A DNA stretch of 64,000 nt. It comes from Eledone cirrhosa (taxonomy: Eukaryota). The stretch is from NCBI GenBank assembly GCA_964016885.1, contig OZ024740.1:399032001-399096000 (forward strand), read 5' to 3'. This document shows positions 1 through 11,815 of the stretch, in pieces (the stretch's first letter is position 1; every line of letters begins with the position of its first letter). The notes beneath the pieces are model-generated. The model was given only the letters and a program-made list of their open reading frames with translations, was not told the DNA's origin and searched no databases. The translations under genes and the position numbers were made by a program.

Positions 1-449
1 GTATGAAGGATGACAGCTGCATAAAAAGGTGCAGAGCACTAGAAGTCGATGGAAACCGCGGAGTGGTGACCTGGGATGAAGTGATAAAAGCCGACCTTAC
101 CCAATTACACCTCTCAAAGACAATGACACACGGCCGTGACTTCTAGCGTCACGCAGTAAAATCAGAGTACCCGACCTCCCATGGGTACAAGCTGAAGCAT
201 ATAAACAATATGCCCCCCCAGCCCACACTGTAAAGTGGACGTGTAGGCGCCACGAAAAAGCACCCAGCACTCACTGTAAATGAGGTTGGTGTTAGGAAGG
301 GCATCCAGCTGTAGAAATCAAGCCAGATCAGTTCCTTTATGAGCAAGGCTTGGTCAGCCGACCAGACACTGCCCACAACAAGACAACCCGTCTAACCCAT
401 GCTAGCGTGGAAGAACGGACGTAAAACGGTGATGATGATGATGATGATG
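1..449 (+). mobile_element. RTE-clade LINE (family A), 3' end: ORF C-terminus, 3' UTR and (GAT)n tail; runs off the window start
   Basis: Translates as MKDDSCIKRCRALEVDGNRGV and matches 10605-11078 and the reverse complement of 53291-53800. Ends ACGGACGTAAAACGGT(GAT)n. Confidence 0.9.
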
Positions 450-470
450 ATATATATGTATATATGTATA

Positions 471-519
<49 letters not shown>

Positions 520-521
520 AT

Positions 522-584
<63 letters not shown>

Positions 585-703
585 TGTATGTATGTATGTA
601 TGTATGTGTATGTATGTATGTATATATATGTATGTATATATGTATGTATGTATATATGTATGTATATATATGTGTATATATGTATGTATATGTATGTATG
701 TAT
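450..703. repeat. Compound (TA)n/(TATG)n microsatellite
   Basis: Seen directly; source of the spurious YIYI ORFs. Confidence 0.97.
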
Positions 704-2662
704 AGATGCAGTAATGGTGGTCTTGTACAAGGGAAAGGGTAACAGGAACGATTGTGGGAACTACAGAGGTATATCATTGCTTTCTGTCGTAGGGAAAGTT
801 TTATGTAGGGTGCTTCTGGACCGTCTGCTGACGCACATTGCAGATTGTGTTCTTCCTGAAAGTCAATCTGGTTATCGTGCTGGACGCGGCACTACTGATA
901 TGATCTCAGCTAGACAGCTCCAGGAGAAGTGCATGGAACAAGGCTTGGATCTGTATCAGGTTTTTGTCGATCTGACAAAAGCTTTCGATACTGTTAACAG
1001 AGATGCATTATGGAAGGTTCTCCAGAAACTTGGTTGCCCTGATAAGTTCCTTGCTTTAGTTAGGTCTTTCCATGACGACATGAAGGCTTGGGTTAATGTC
1101 GGGGGATACATGTCGGAGCCTATCTCAGTAAAAAATGGAGTGAAACAGGGGGATATTCCAGCACCGACCCTGTTTGCCATATACTTTGCAATGGTTTTCT
1201 GTATTGCATTCAGGAATTGCGAGCATGGTGTTTACATCCGATATCGAACCTCAGGCAGCATATTTAACATCAGGCGCTTTGCTGCGAAGACAAAAGTATT
1301 TACATCAATCATAAGAGACCTCTTGTATGCAGATGATTGCGATCTTGTAGCGCACACAGAGAGTGATATGCAGCACATTTTGAATGCATTTTCTGACGCT
1401 TGCACTGCCCTAGGTCTGACTGTCAGTCTCAAGAAAACCGTCGTCATGTACCAACCTGCCCTTGGTAAGCAGTACACTGAACCAAACATCTATGTGTATG
1501 GCAAACGACTTGGAGTGGTTGATCAGTTTGTCTACCTGGGAAGCACTGTCAATCGATACAGCAACCTTGACAGTGAAATCTCACTTAGGATTAGGAAAGC
1601 AAGTGATGCTTTCGGAAACTAGAAAGGCAACTCTGGGGTCGGCGAGACATATGCAGGAGGACAAAGGTAAAGGTGTACAGGGCATGTGTGCTCTCTTGTC
1701 TTCTTTATGCCTGCGAGACCTGGGTCACATATCGACACCACCTTAAGCAATTGGAGCGTTTCCATCAGATGTGTCTCAGACGGATCCATGGCGTTCACTG
1801 GAGCGACCACATCAGTGATGTCGAGATTTTGGAAAGCTCTATGTGTGACAGTATAGAAGCTCTTGTGCTTAAGCAACGACTCCGTTGCAGTGCTCACCTT
1901 GCCAGGATGAAGGATTCTAGAATACCAAAACAACTCTTTTATGGAGAGTTGGTTAAAGGAAAACGACCGCCACATAAACCAAAAAAGAGGTATAAGGATT
2001 CCTTGAAAGCCTCTGAAAGATGCTAACATCTCTGCTGATACATGGGAGAATATTGCTGCTGATCGTAATAAATGGAGAAAGACTGTATATGAGGGAAAAG
2101 TTGCCTTTGAGGCATCTCGAATTGCATACGAGAAAGTAAAGCGGGATGTGAGGAAGGGCATTGCTGTTGCACTTCCAGACGGCGAGGGTCCTCCTATGGT
2201 GCTGACATGCAGTGTATCTGCGAGACTCTGCCTAAGCAAAGCTGGACTCGAAAGTCATCTTCGCAGTCATAAAGTAAGACCAGTGGTTGACTACCAGGCT
2301 GCTGTTGGAGATGCTACTCATCATGCTTGCCAAACATGTGGTAGAGAATGTAAATCAGCAGGAGGGCTCAAGCGACATGCAAAAGTACACAAACTCCAGC
2401 CACAGTCGACTATTCCCAGTAAATGTTTTGGTTGCGACTCTGTGCAAAACATTTTAGATCATTGGCTGGGCTAAAAAGCCACATTCGATCGCAGCGCTGT
2501 TAGTTGCTATCGTGTGTGTGTGTGTAGATATGCTTATGTGTATGCATGTGTGTGTATATGTATATTATTATTGTTGTTGTCGTCATTATTATTGTTGTTA
2601 TTATTATTATTGTTGTTATTGTTATTAATGTATGTGTGTATATGTGTGTGTGTGTATATGTA

Positions 2663-2703
<41 letters not shown>

Positions 2704-2780
2704 TTCTCTTTTTCTTTATTTTTTTTTTTCTCTTTCTCCTCGTGCAATGGCCATACTCGATAACGAGGGGGCAGCCATCA
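704..2780 (+). mobile_element. 5'-truncated, frameshifted RTE (BovB-like) LINE with C-terminal C2H2 zinc fingers
   Basis: RT motifs [46 protein letters not shown]. These are followed by LLYACETW, QLFYGEL and CxxC..GL..H..H fingers in shifted frames. The 3' UTR remnant GGCCATACTCGATAACGAGGGGGCAGCCATCA at ~2749-2780 follows a simple-repeat block (2512-2740). Confidence 0.88.
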
Positions 2781-2856
2781 TATGTATGTATGTATGTATA
2801 TATATGTATGTGTATATATGTATATATATATGTATGTATATATATATATGTATGTG

Positions 2857-2889
<33 letters not shown>

Positions 2890-2942
2890 GTATGTATATA
2901 TATATATGTATGTATATATGTATGTATATATATATATGTATG

Positions 2943-2981
<39 letters not shown>

Positions 2982-3010
2982 GTATATGTATGTATGTATA
3001 TATATGTATG

Positions 3011-3042
<32 letters not shown>

Positions 3043-3062
3043 TGAATGTATGTATATGTATG

Positions 3063-3094
<32 letters not shown>

Positions 3095-3306
3095 TATATA
3101 TGTATGTATGTATATATATATGTATGTATGTATGTATATATATGTATGTATGTATGTATATATGTATGTATGTATATATATGTATGTATGTATATATATG
3201 TATGTATGTATATATATATATGTATGTATGTATATATATATATGTATGTATGTATATATATGTATGTATGTATATATATGTATGTATGTATGTATATATA
3301 TGTATG

Positions 3307-3377
<71 letters not shown>

Positions 3378-3527
3378 GTATATATATATATGTATGTATG
3401 TATGTATATGTATGTATATATGTATGTATATATATATATATGTATGTATGTATATATATATATATGTATAAAGCTTCATGTATGTATATATATATATATG
3501 TATGTATGTATATATATATATATGTAT
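2781..3527. repeat. Long (TATG/TA)n microsatellite, probably an expanded LINE tail
   Basis: Seen directly; starts right after the LINE 3' UTR. Confidence 0.95.
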
Positions 3528-3762
3528 AAAGCTTCACGGCACAGGCATTGCTTTATATCTGGAGATCTCTCTGCACTTGTCGTCACATGGTACCATGGGC
3601 CCAGCACTATGTGTCAGTAATTGTCACAAGTGTAGTGTTTGTACCAGAGTTTTCAAGTCGCTGGCTGGACTAAAAAGTCACACTCGTTCAGCGCATCGGT
3701 AGGGGTTCTCCTACATGGATATAAAGTAGTGGCCGTACTCGAAAACGAGTTGGCAGCCACCA
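3528..3762 (+). mobile_element. 3' fragment of a related zinc-finger RTE LINE
   Basis: Encodes [25 protein letters not shown]. Its 3' UTR GGCCGTACTCGAAAACGAGTTGGCAGCCACCATG is similar to 2749-2780. Confidence 0.8.
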
Positions 3763-4284
3763 TGTATGTATATATATGTATGTATATATATCTATATATA
3801 TATATGTATGTATATATATCTATATATATATATGTATATATGTATGTATATATATCTATATATATATATGTATATATGTATGTATATATATCTATATATA
3901 TATATGTATATATGTATATATATATATGTATATATATCTATATATATATATATGTATGTATATATATATATATGTATGTATATATATATATATGTATGTA
4001 TATATGTGTATATGTATGTATATATATATGTATATATATATATGTATATGTATGTATATGTATGTATATATATGTATATGTATGTATATGTATATATATG
4101 TATATATATGTATATCTGTATATGTATATGTATATATATGTATGTATATATATGTATATATATATGTATATGTATGTATATATATGTATATGTATGTATA
4201 TATATGTATATATATATGTATATGTATGTATATATATGTATATGTATGTATATATATGTATATATATATGTATGTGTATATATG
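3763..4284. repeat. (TA/TATG/TATATG)n microsatellite
   Basis: Seen directly. Confidence 0.95.
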
Positions 4285-4328
4285 TCCCACCCTTGCAAGC
4301 AGGGAAAAGCGGACGTAAAATGATGATA
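4284..4328 (+). mobile_element. Extreme 3' terminus of an RTE or RTE-dependent SINE
   Basis: GTCCCACCCTTGCAAGCAGGGAAAAGCGGACGTAAAATGATGAT is identical to the end of the SINE at ~40247-40290. Confidence 0.8.
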
Positions 4329-4334
4329 TATATA

Positions 4335-6683
4335 CAAGAAATGCTTAGGGTTATCCTGAATGCAGAAATGGTTAATTACTACTCTAGATAGCGTTGATGT
4401 ACGGTGAGGGGTTACCCAACGAGTTATGATAGAATAGTCGGAAAAATTCTGTTTCTTATCCTTCAGTATTCTGGAGTGTAGATAAAGAATGAATAATAAC
4501 AGGTAGACATCATAAAAAGGTAATTTATTCCAAGTGCTTACAAATGTTTCAACAGTAGTTATACAGCCTAGTCATGCTATGTGCAATTGATAATTAATAA
4601 TTATTTGATTGCAGAAACTCAATTTTCAAATGCTGCGACTACCATTTCCTCAGAGCAGAATGGTTAAAATGTAAATACCCTTGTATTTCTTAGAGGAAGT
4701 TATTGGAGAAGATAGAGTAGAAAGGAAGAGAGAAAGAAGGGGAGAGAGAGAGAGATGTAGGGGTGGGAGAGAGTGGTTTGAAGAATACAAATAGCTTTAA
4801 TCTAAATGTTGTGGTAGGGGTTTTATTTTACTGTTTATTCTCAAGGTGACAGCCCTTAGGCATTGTGTTGATGTGGTCAAGATTGGGATTATTTATTGCC
4901 ACAGAGATCAGGTTCATAGATGTGGAGAGGGAGTGTGGTAGACCGAGGGCGATAGAGAGAGAGAGAGGGGAAGGGAGGGAGAGAAAGAAAGAGAGATAGA
5001 GAGGAGACAGCTGAAGTCTATGAGATGGGGAATACATCGAGTTCATAGTTGTAATCTGCAAATCACACTCAAGTACCCATTTATAATGATAAGCAGGGTA
5101 TTGGCTTGTAGTGTGGGGGTGAGGGATACAGTTAGGGAGTAGTTATTGAGAGGAATTAGTTAGCGAGAAAGCGATGTTGCAGTCTCGGGTTGAATGTTAA
5201 GTTATTTTATAGTGAGAGAATTTAGCCTTCAGTTTGTGGTTGCAGTATAACGATCGTTCGATTCTGTTATTTAGTCATTTGTTTTTGGATTTTATGATCT
5301 AAAAGAGTTCAAGGTTGCATAATCTGCCATAGTTCAATGCAGTCTGATATGCACTAGCGCTGGATAATTTATCCCATTTCAAGGTAAACTGTCGGTTGCA
5401 TTCTCAGAGTTGCCAGGTCTTATTGGCGAGCGTAGTCACAAGACGGTGTTTAGGATGTTTAATCGAAAATCGCTGACGATACCAGCGAGATTTAAAGGAG
5501 GTAGTAGTAGACGCAATGTAGTACCATTTCTGGTCGTTTGATTCAACGGTACATTGATAAACAATGTTGGACTCTAGGCATTTGTTCTTCAATGGGCATC
5601 TTTCGGGTAGGTGACAGTTGCAGTTTTTGTTGTGGGTAGCAGGTATACCATGGATAGGTTGGGATAACAGTTCAGGTGGGTTGTGTAATACCTGTCTCCC
5701 ATTTAGTGGTTGGGAGGCCGATATTACGTTATGCTCATCTGTTACTAAAATATTTTATTTTGTAGTGTTGTTTAATTGCTTTAAGGTAAGTTTTTTTCAT
5801 GTATGCTTCAAGGTTTGGTGCAGTGGAGTATAATAGCTTAACAGTCTTAGAGTTTAGAACCTTACTGTATTTATGGGAATTAGGGAAATGCTTGTTAATT
5901 AACTTAAAGAATGAAAGAGATAGTTTTGTACTAATCGAAGCATTAAAAATGGGATTATACCAGATATACTTTCTACAACGTGATTTATTTGGTGATGATT
6001 TTCTATTAGTATGTCTGGTGGTACTGTATGTGTGCGCTTGTATTTCTGTACCCCGGTTATATATTCTTTGATTGCGTGTGCAGCGATGTGTGTTATGGAA
6101 ATTTTTATCAATGTATTCTATTTTATCACGGTGGTTTGCATTCCTTAATGTGTTATTATAGTATTCAGCATGTTCACTGAAAATCTCAGAGTTAGACGAT
6201 AGGCGAGAGATTCTGAGAGAAATACTACGGGGAACCGATTTGATCATGGAGAGTGGGTGATTCGAATTAAAATTAATATAGGTAAGGTTCTCATTTATCT
6301 TGTGGAAGGGTCGTATCAGTCCAGTATTCAAATTAAGAGTTACGTCAAGGAAATTTACCACTTTAAGATTGTATTTGTACGTTATTTTTAGACCCAGTTC
6401 ACTAAAAGAATTTCTAATGTTTTTCCGTAGCCTTTCAAGATTTTGGTTATTTAAGTTATTAACTAATAAAAGTGCGTCATCTCTATATATTCCCCCATGT
6501 AGATTACTAAATTTTCCATGTAGTATGAGGGCTATGTAAATTCCCACAAGATCCGTGACCTCTGCTGAGTCGTTAGAGCCCATGGTGATGTCGAAGTTTG
6601 TGCGTCTGTCCCTACGTTCCCAGTAGCAGTTATCAAACTTGATAATAGTTTTCCTAGCCTCTAGAATAATATTAATTTCGTCC
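4335..6683 (-). mobile_element. Penelope-like element, 5'-truncated: RT C-terminal part, GIY-YIG endonuclease and 3' pseudo-LTR
   Basis: ORF 5735-6583 has MGS.D.AEV.DLVG, GIYRDD, VNFLDVTL, YINFNSNHP and WYNPIF. ORF 5404-5592 has CLESNIVYQC...YYIASTTTSFKSRW. A hammerhead lies in the 3' region. The left boundary is approximate. Confidence 0.9.
4527..4662 (-). ncRNA. Type I hammerhead ribozyme in the Penelope pseudo-LTR (copy 1)
   Basis: Reverse complement of 7545-7680; the CUGAGGA box is at 4653-4647. Confidence 0.75.
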
Positions 6684-7294
6684 TGTTAGGTCGGAATTGA
6701 CTTAACGATCGTTTTAATTTTAAAAGGAATATTTTGTATTTACAATATTCCTCACGTCGGGGTCTCCAATTTAGCAGCATGGTTTATAAATGTTATTGAG
6801 ACACGAGTAACACAATAATGATGTCAGCAGCAGAAATTAGAGATGAAATGTATGTTTATTTTGTTGTAGCACAAATAATTGTTTCTACGTTAGGCACAAG
6901 GCCAGCAATTATCCAGTGCATTACTGGTACTTTATTTTATCGACCCCGTAAGGATGAAAGGCAAAGTCAACCTCGGCGGGATTTGAACCCAGTTGTAGCA
7001 CAAATAATGTTGGTTAACTTGTATAGTTGAAGTTACACATAAAATGAGGTTACAAAAGGGAATGTGCCATTGCGCCGGAAAGCCGGCAGGCCAAGGTGCA
7101 AAATCTCACCGTCACATGTACGTGTTGCTGGTTCGAAGTTCCTTGTGCGAGAGGAAGATTCTTCAAATCTTCGCGGGGAATTTCTCCCTCAGAACGCGTG
7201 GGGATACATCCTCTTCTACTGGCGCTGATTGGCTGAGCTGAGCCAAATCACGCACAGAGAATGTATGTGAGCCCACGGAATGTAGGTCACTACA
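6684..7294 (-). mobile_element. Putative solo LTR, interrupted by a SINE
   Basis: Minus strand begins TGTAGTGACC and ends GACCTAACA (TG...CA), with AATAAA at 6855-6860. Penelope homology stops at both ends. No TSD. Confidence 0.45.
6880..6991 (-). mobile_element. tRNA-derived SINE (family S1), 5'-truncated
   Basis: B-box GTTCAAATCC, core GCCTTTCATCCTTACGGGGTCGATAAAATAAAGTACCAG, and 17-bp TSD GTTGTAGCACAAATAAT (6863-6879 / 6992-7008). Confidence 0.9.
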
Positions 7295-7384
7295 TACTGC
7301 AACCACAAACTGAAGGCTAAATTCTCTCACTATAAAATAACTTAACATTTGAACCCGAGACTGCAACATCGCTTTCTCGCTAAC

Positions 7385-7438
<54 letters not shown>

Positions 7439-7720
7439 TTCTCTCTCTCTCTCTCTCTCTCTCTTTCCTTCTTTCTCTCTTCCTTTCTACTCTATCTTCT
7501 CCAATAACTTCCTCTAAGAAATACAAGGGTATTTACATTTTAACCATTCTGCTCTGAGGAAATGGTAGTCGCAGCATTTGAAAATTGAGTTTCTGCAATC
7601 AAATAATTATTAATTATCAATTGCACATAGCATGACTAGGCTGTATAACTACTGTTGAAACATTTGTAAGCACTTGGAATAAATTACCTTTTTATGATGT
7701 CTACCTGTTATTATTCATTC
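7295..7720 (+). mobile_element. Second, inverted copy of the Penelope 3' region/pseudo-LTR with an internal deletion and (CT)n tract
   Basis: 7295-7388 is the reverse complement of ~5155-5247, and ~7450-7720 is the reverse complement of ~4487-4755. Confidence 0.9.
7545..7680 (+). ncRNA. Type I hammerhead ribozyme with an enlarged stem II (copy 2)
   Basis: CUGAGGA 7554-7560. Stem II pairs AAUGGUAGU (7561-7569) with ACUACUGUU (7648-7656). GAAA 7657-7660, minimal stem III C-AUUU-G, cleavage triplet GUA 7666-7668, stem I UGCU/AGCA. Confidence 0.75.
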
Positions 7721-7893
7721 GGTAGAGGGTCGGACGCTATGCTTTGACGTATAGAGTTACGGCCCTTGCCATTCTGAGTTCAAATCCCGCCGAGGTTAAC
7801 TTTGCCTTTCATCCTTACGGAGTCGATAAAATAAAGTACCAGTAATGCACTGGGATAATTGCTGGCCTTGTGCCAATAGTAGAAACAATTATT
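7721..7893 (+). mobile_element. SINE family S1
   Basis: Same head, core and tail as other S1 copies; TTATTCATTC is duplicated on both sides. Confidence 0.9.
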
Positions 7894-7897
7894 CATT

Positions 7898-7939
<42 letters not shown>

Positions 7940-8734
7940 AAAGAAATATATATATATATATATGAAAAAGAAATAGATAGTAAGAGAGAGAGAGAGAGTA
8001 AATGATAAATGAAAACGAATGAGTAATGGGAAGAGAATTAAAACATACACCATCTGAATTGAGGAAGAAGGAGAGAGACAAACAATTCGTACATAAAAAT
8101 GAGAGAGGGGGAGGAGAAATGAACATACACACAAACAAATATTTTGAAATATATAGTAGATATACATATAAGTTTGTGTTTATGGGCGTAGCCAAGATTT
8201 TGACTGGGGAAGGTGTTATCTTATTTTTTCAAAATGGATCTTTGTTTAGCTGTTAATTTGTGAAAAACACAAAATTATATAAATGTTAGATAAAAATTAT
8301 ATTTGCACAAATATTTGAATAAATCACGTCTGCTTTTCCATGTTTGCATAGGTTGGACTTTGCAATTAGTGGAAATCATATTGGTCTTGTTTTTCATAAT
8401 TTTGGCTGGGTTTTACTGGCTGGATGCCGTTCCTACTATAACCACTTTACAGTGTGCATTGAGTGCATTGTTTGTGCCACCAGCACTAGAGAGATTGTCT
8501 TACCGAACAGTCCTCTCCACACTGTATCAGTTTTTATTTGGAACATCTACTCTCCTAGACTGAGAGCCTTTACTACAGCTTATAGAGTCCATGTCTGCCC
8601 CATGCAGTCATTTTTAAATTGGAGTCACTGCCCTCTAGACAGGTTGCCTTCACTACAATTTATAGAGTCCTCACTGTTTGTTTTACATGTCATGTTATTT
8701 ATCTAATAAGTGACATATTATTTATCTAAGTGTT

Positions 8735-11078
8735 TGTCTGGAGTGCAAAGAAGAAAATGCATCTACAAAGGGATGAGGAGAGTGACTTGGTGGTGGAACA
8801 ATAAGGTAGATGAGGCAGTTAAGGCTAAGAGACAGGCATGGAAAGAATGGAAGAACGGGGGTAGCACGGTACATTACATAGAGACCAGGAGGAAAGCTAG
8901 CCGACAAGTATACTTAGCTAGAAGGGAAGCAGAGGATAGAAAATTCAAGCATGTTTTGCAACATGAGGACCAGAAACAGGAGGTGTTCAAGATTGCGAGG
9001 CAGTGTGTCAGAGAGAATTGTGATGTCATTGGAGAGAAGTGATAATGGTGAGCTTGCCCTCACAAGTGCCAAGAAGAAAGCTGCATGGAAGAGCCATTAT
9101 GAAAGATTACTAAATGAAGAGAATGCATGGGAAAAAGAGACCCTACTCCAAGCGGACCCTGTAGAGGGGCCAGCAGTACAAGTCAGCAGCAGCTTAAGTA
9201 AGGCAATCAAAGATATGAAGACAGGGAAGGCAACCGGTCCATCGGGTATAGCTGCCGAGATGCTGAAGGCATCTGGGTCGGTAGGTCACACAATAACCAC
9301 ACAAATTGTTAACCAGGTATTACTAGAGGGTATCATACCAAAGGATTCGTGCAGCAGCATCATTGTCAACTGCTACAAAGGTAAAGGTGATGCACTAGAT
9401 AGTGGAAACTATAGAGGTATAAGCTGATGGACCAGGTCATGAAAGTAACGGAAAGAGTTATAGCACAGTTGACTAGGGACCGAATGAAACTAGATGAGAT
9501 GCAATTTGGGTTTGTACCAGGAAAAGGCACCACTGATGCCCTCTTCCTTGTGAGGAAGTTACAGGAAAAGTACCTAGCTAAAAGTAAGCCACTCTACCTG
9601 GCATTTGTCGATCTGGAAAAAGCCTTCGACAGAGTCCCCCGTGCTATAATCTGGTGGGCTCTTAGAAAATTAGGAGTAGATGAATGGCTTGTGAAAGCTG
9701 TACAACCCATGTATAGAGGAGCAGTCAGCAAAGTTAGGGTTAGCAATGTCTATACCGAGGAATTTAGCATACAGCCCTCTCCTGTTCATTATAGTTTTGC
9801 ATGCAATAACGGAGGAGTTTAGGACCGGATGCCCATGGGAACTCCTATATGCAGATGATCTCGCACTTATAGCTGAATCCATGATGGAACTAGAGAAGAA
9901 ATTCCAAACATGGAAGCAGGGACTAGAAAGAAAGGGTCTCAAAGTCAACCTGACAAAGACTAAGGTTCTTGTAAGTAGACGAGAAAACAGAACCCAGATC
10001 CTCTCAGGGAAATGGCCTTGCTCAGTATGTAGGAAAGGTGTAGGTAGGAACTCCATCCTCTGCCCCAAATGCAAACAATGGGTACACAAGAGATGTAGTG
10101 GGATTTCAGGAAGTTTAACTAAGAATGTAGGCTTCATATGTAGCAGCTGCGCTGGGACAGCAAGCAGCAGACGACCACAGGAAACACGTACCACCAAACT
10201 CTAGGAGGGCTCTGTAGAAACAGTAGACAGCTTCTGCTACCTAGGTGACCGAATTAGCAGCGGAGGTGGGTGTTAGGAAAGTACAATAACGGGTAAGAAC
10301 GGGATGGAAGAAGTTCAGGGAGCTACTGCCTCTGCTAGCTGCAAAAGGCTTACCCCTCAAAATGAAAGGCAGACTATATGATGCGTGTATACGAACAGCA
10401 ATGTTACATGGTGGTGAAACCTGGGCGCTGTCTGTAGAAGACTTGCGCAGATTAGAAAGAAACAAAGCTTGTATGCTCCAATGGATGTTTAATAGTAATA
10501 TACTCGAACGGCAAAGCATAAACGAATTGAGAGAGAGACTGAGCATAAGAGGAATCAAATGCTATGTGCAGGAGAGGAGGTTACGTTGGTATGGACATGT
10601 GATGCGTATGAAGGATGACAGCTGCATAAAAAGGTGCAGAGCACTAGAAGTCGATGGAAACCGCGGAGTGGGGAGACCCAAGATGACCTGGGATGAGGTG
10701 ATAAAAGCCGACCTTACCCAATTGCACCTCTCAAGGGCAATAACACACAACCATGACCTCTGGCGTCACGCAGTAATACAGAATACCCAACTTCCCACAG
10801 GAACAAGCTGAAGCATATAGACAATATGTCTCCCCCCCCCCACGGCAAAAAAGCACTCACTGTAAAGTGGACCTGTAGGCGCCACAGAAAAAAAACACCC
10901 AGCACTCACTGTAAATGAGGTTGGTGTTAGGAAGGGCATCCAGCTGTAGAAATCATGCCAAAATCAGTTCTCGTATGAGCAAGACATGGTCAGTCGACTG
11001 GACACTGCTCACAACAGGACAACCCGTCTAACCCATGCTAGCGTGGAAGAATGGTGATGATGATGATGATGATGATGA
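8735..11078 (+). mobile_element. RTE LINE family A, 5'-truncated and degraded, with PHD-like insert
   Basis: Fragmented ORFs 8710-10811 contain TWWWN, GNYRGI, FVDLEKAFDRVPR, LLYADD, CSVC..CPKC..HKRC..CSSC and RLRWYGHVMR. Ends with the 3' UTR and (GAT)n tail. Confidence 0.93.
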
Positions 11079-11179
11079 ACTTCACCTAAATCTGTCATGG
11101 GGAATGGGAATCAGTGAAAATTAAGAAAATCTTTCATGACCCACAGATGATCTTACATATATATTAAAATTATTACACA

Positions 11180-11350
11180 AACACTGTAAATGTGGTTGGC
11201 ATTAGGAAAGGCATCCAGCCATAGAAACCTAGCCAGAAACAGTTCTATAGGAGTAAGACATGGTCACCTGACCCAACTTGCCTCAAATGAGACAACCTGT
11301 CTAACCCATGCTAGAAAGTGGACGTTTAACAACAATGATAATGATGATGA
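11180..11350 (+). mobile_element. Degenerate RTE/SINE 3' UTR remnant (another at ~11600-11710)
   Basis: CTGTAAATGTGGTTGGCATTAGGAAAGGCATCCAGC...AACCCATGCTAG...GGACGTT plus a degenerate GAT tail. Confidence 0.7.
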
Positions 11351-11815
11351 ACTGAAGGAGCACTCACATTCGCATGATGTGACACATCTCAATGTTATAA
11401 ATCATATATATCTCTTTGACGTTTATTTGTTATGCGAGTAATATTATTTTATTTTAGTGGAAGCAGTACATATAAGGAATCACACAATACGTGTTCAGAT
11501 GCACGTATACCTCTATGCGAATACAATATATTATGCTGTGTGTATCTGGTTTAGAATGGCTAGACTATATCTCTGAGTGTCATTAGGAACAGTTAAAAGG
11601 GTTGGTGTCAGGAAGGGCATCTAGCTGTTAAACATTGCCTCAAAATGGCCCCTCCGACACATCCAGCATGGAAAAAGTTGATGTACAAACAATGATGATG
11701 ATGATGTTGATATAAAAGGGCTAAGTGGATTGAGGAAAATGTAATAGATTAAGTGATTATTAACACAAACAGCAATCCTATTATATATGTTGATAATGTT
11801 TTTCAATACTGCAAT

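Noticed and set aside
337-4391. Many long Y/I/M/C/V/H-rich ORFs
   Set aside because: Translations of stop-free TA/TATG microsatellites; only the RTE-derived portions are real coding remnants.
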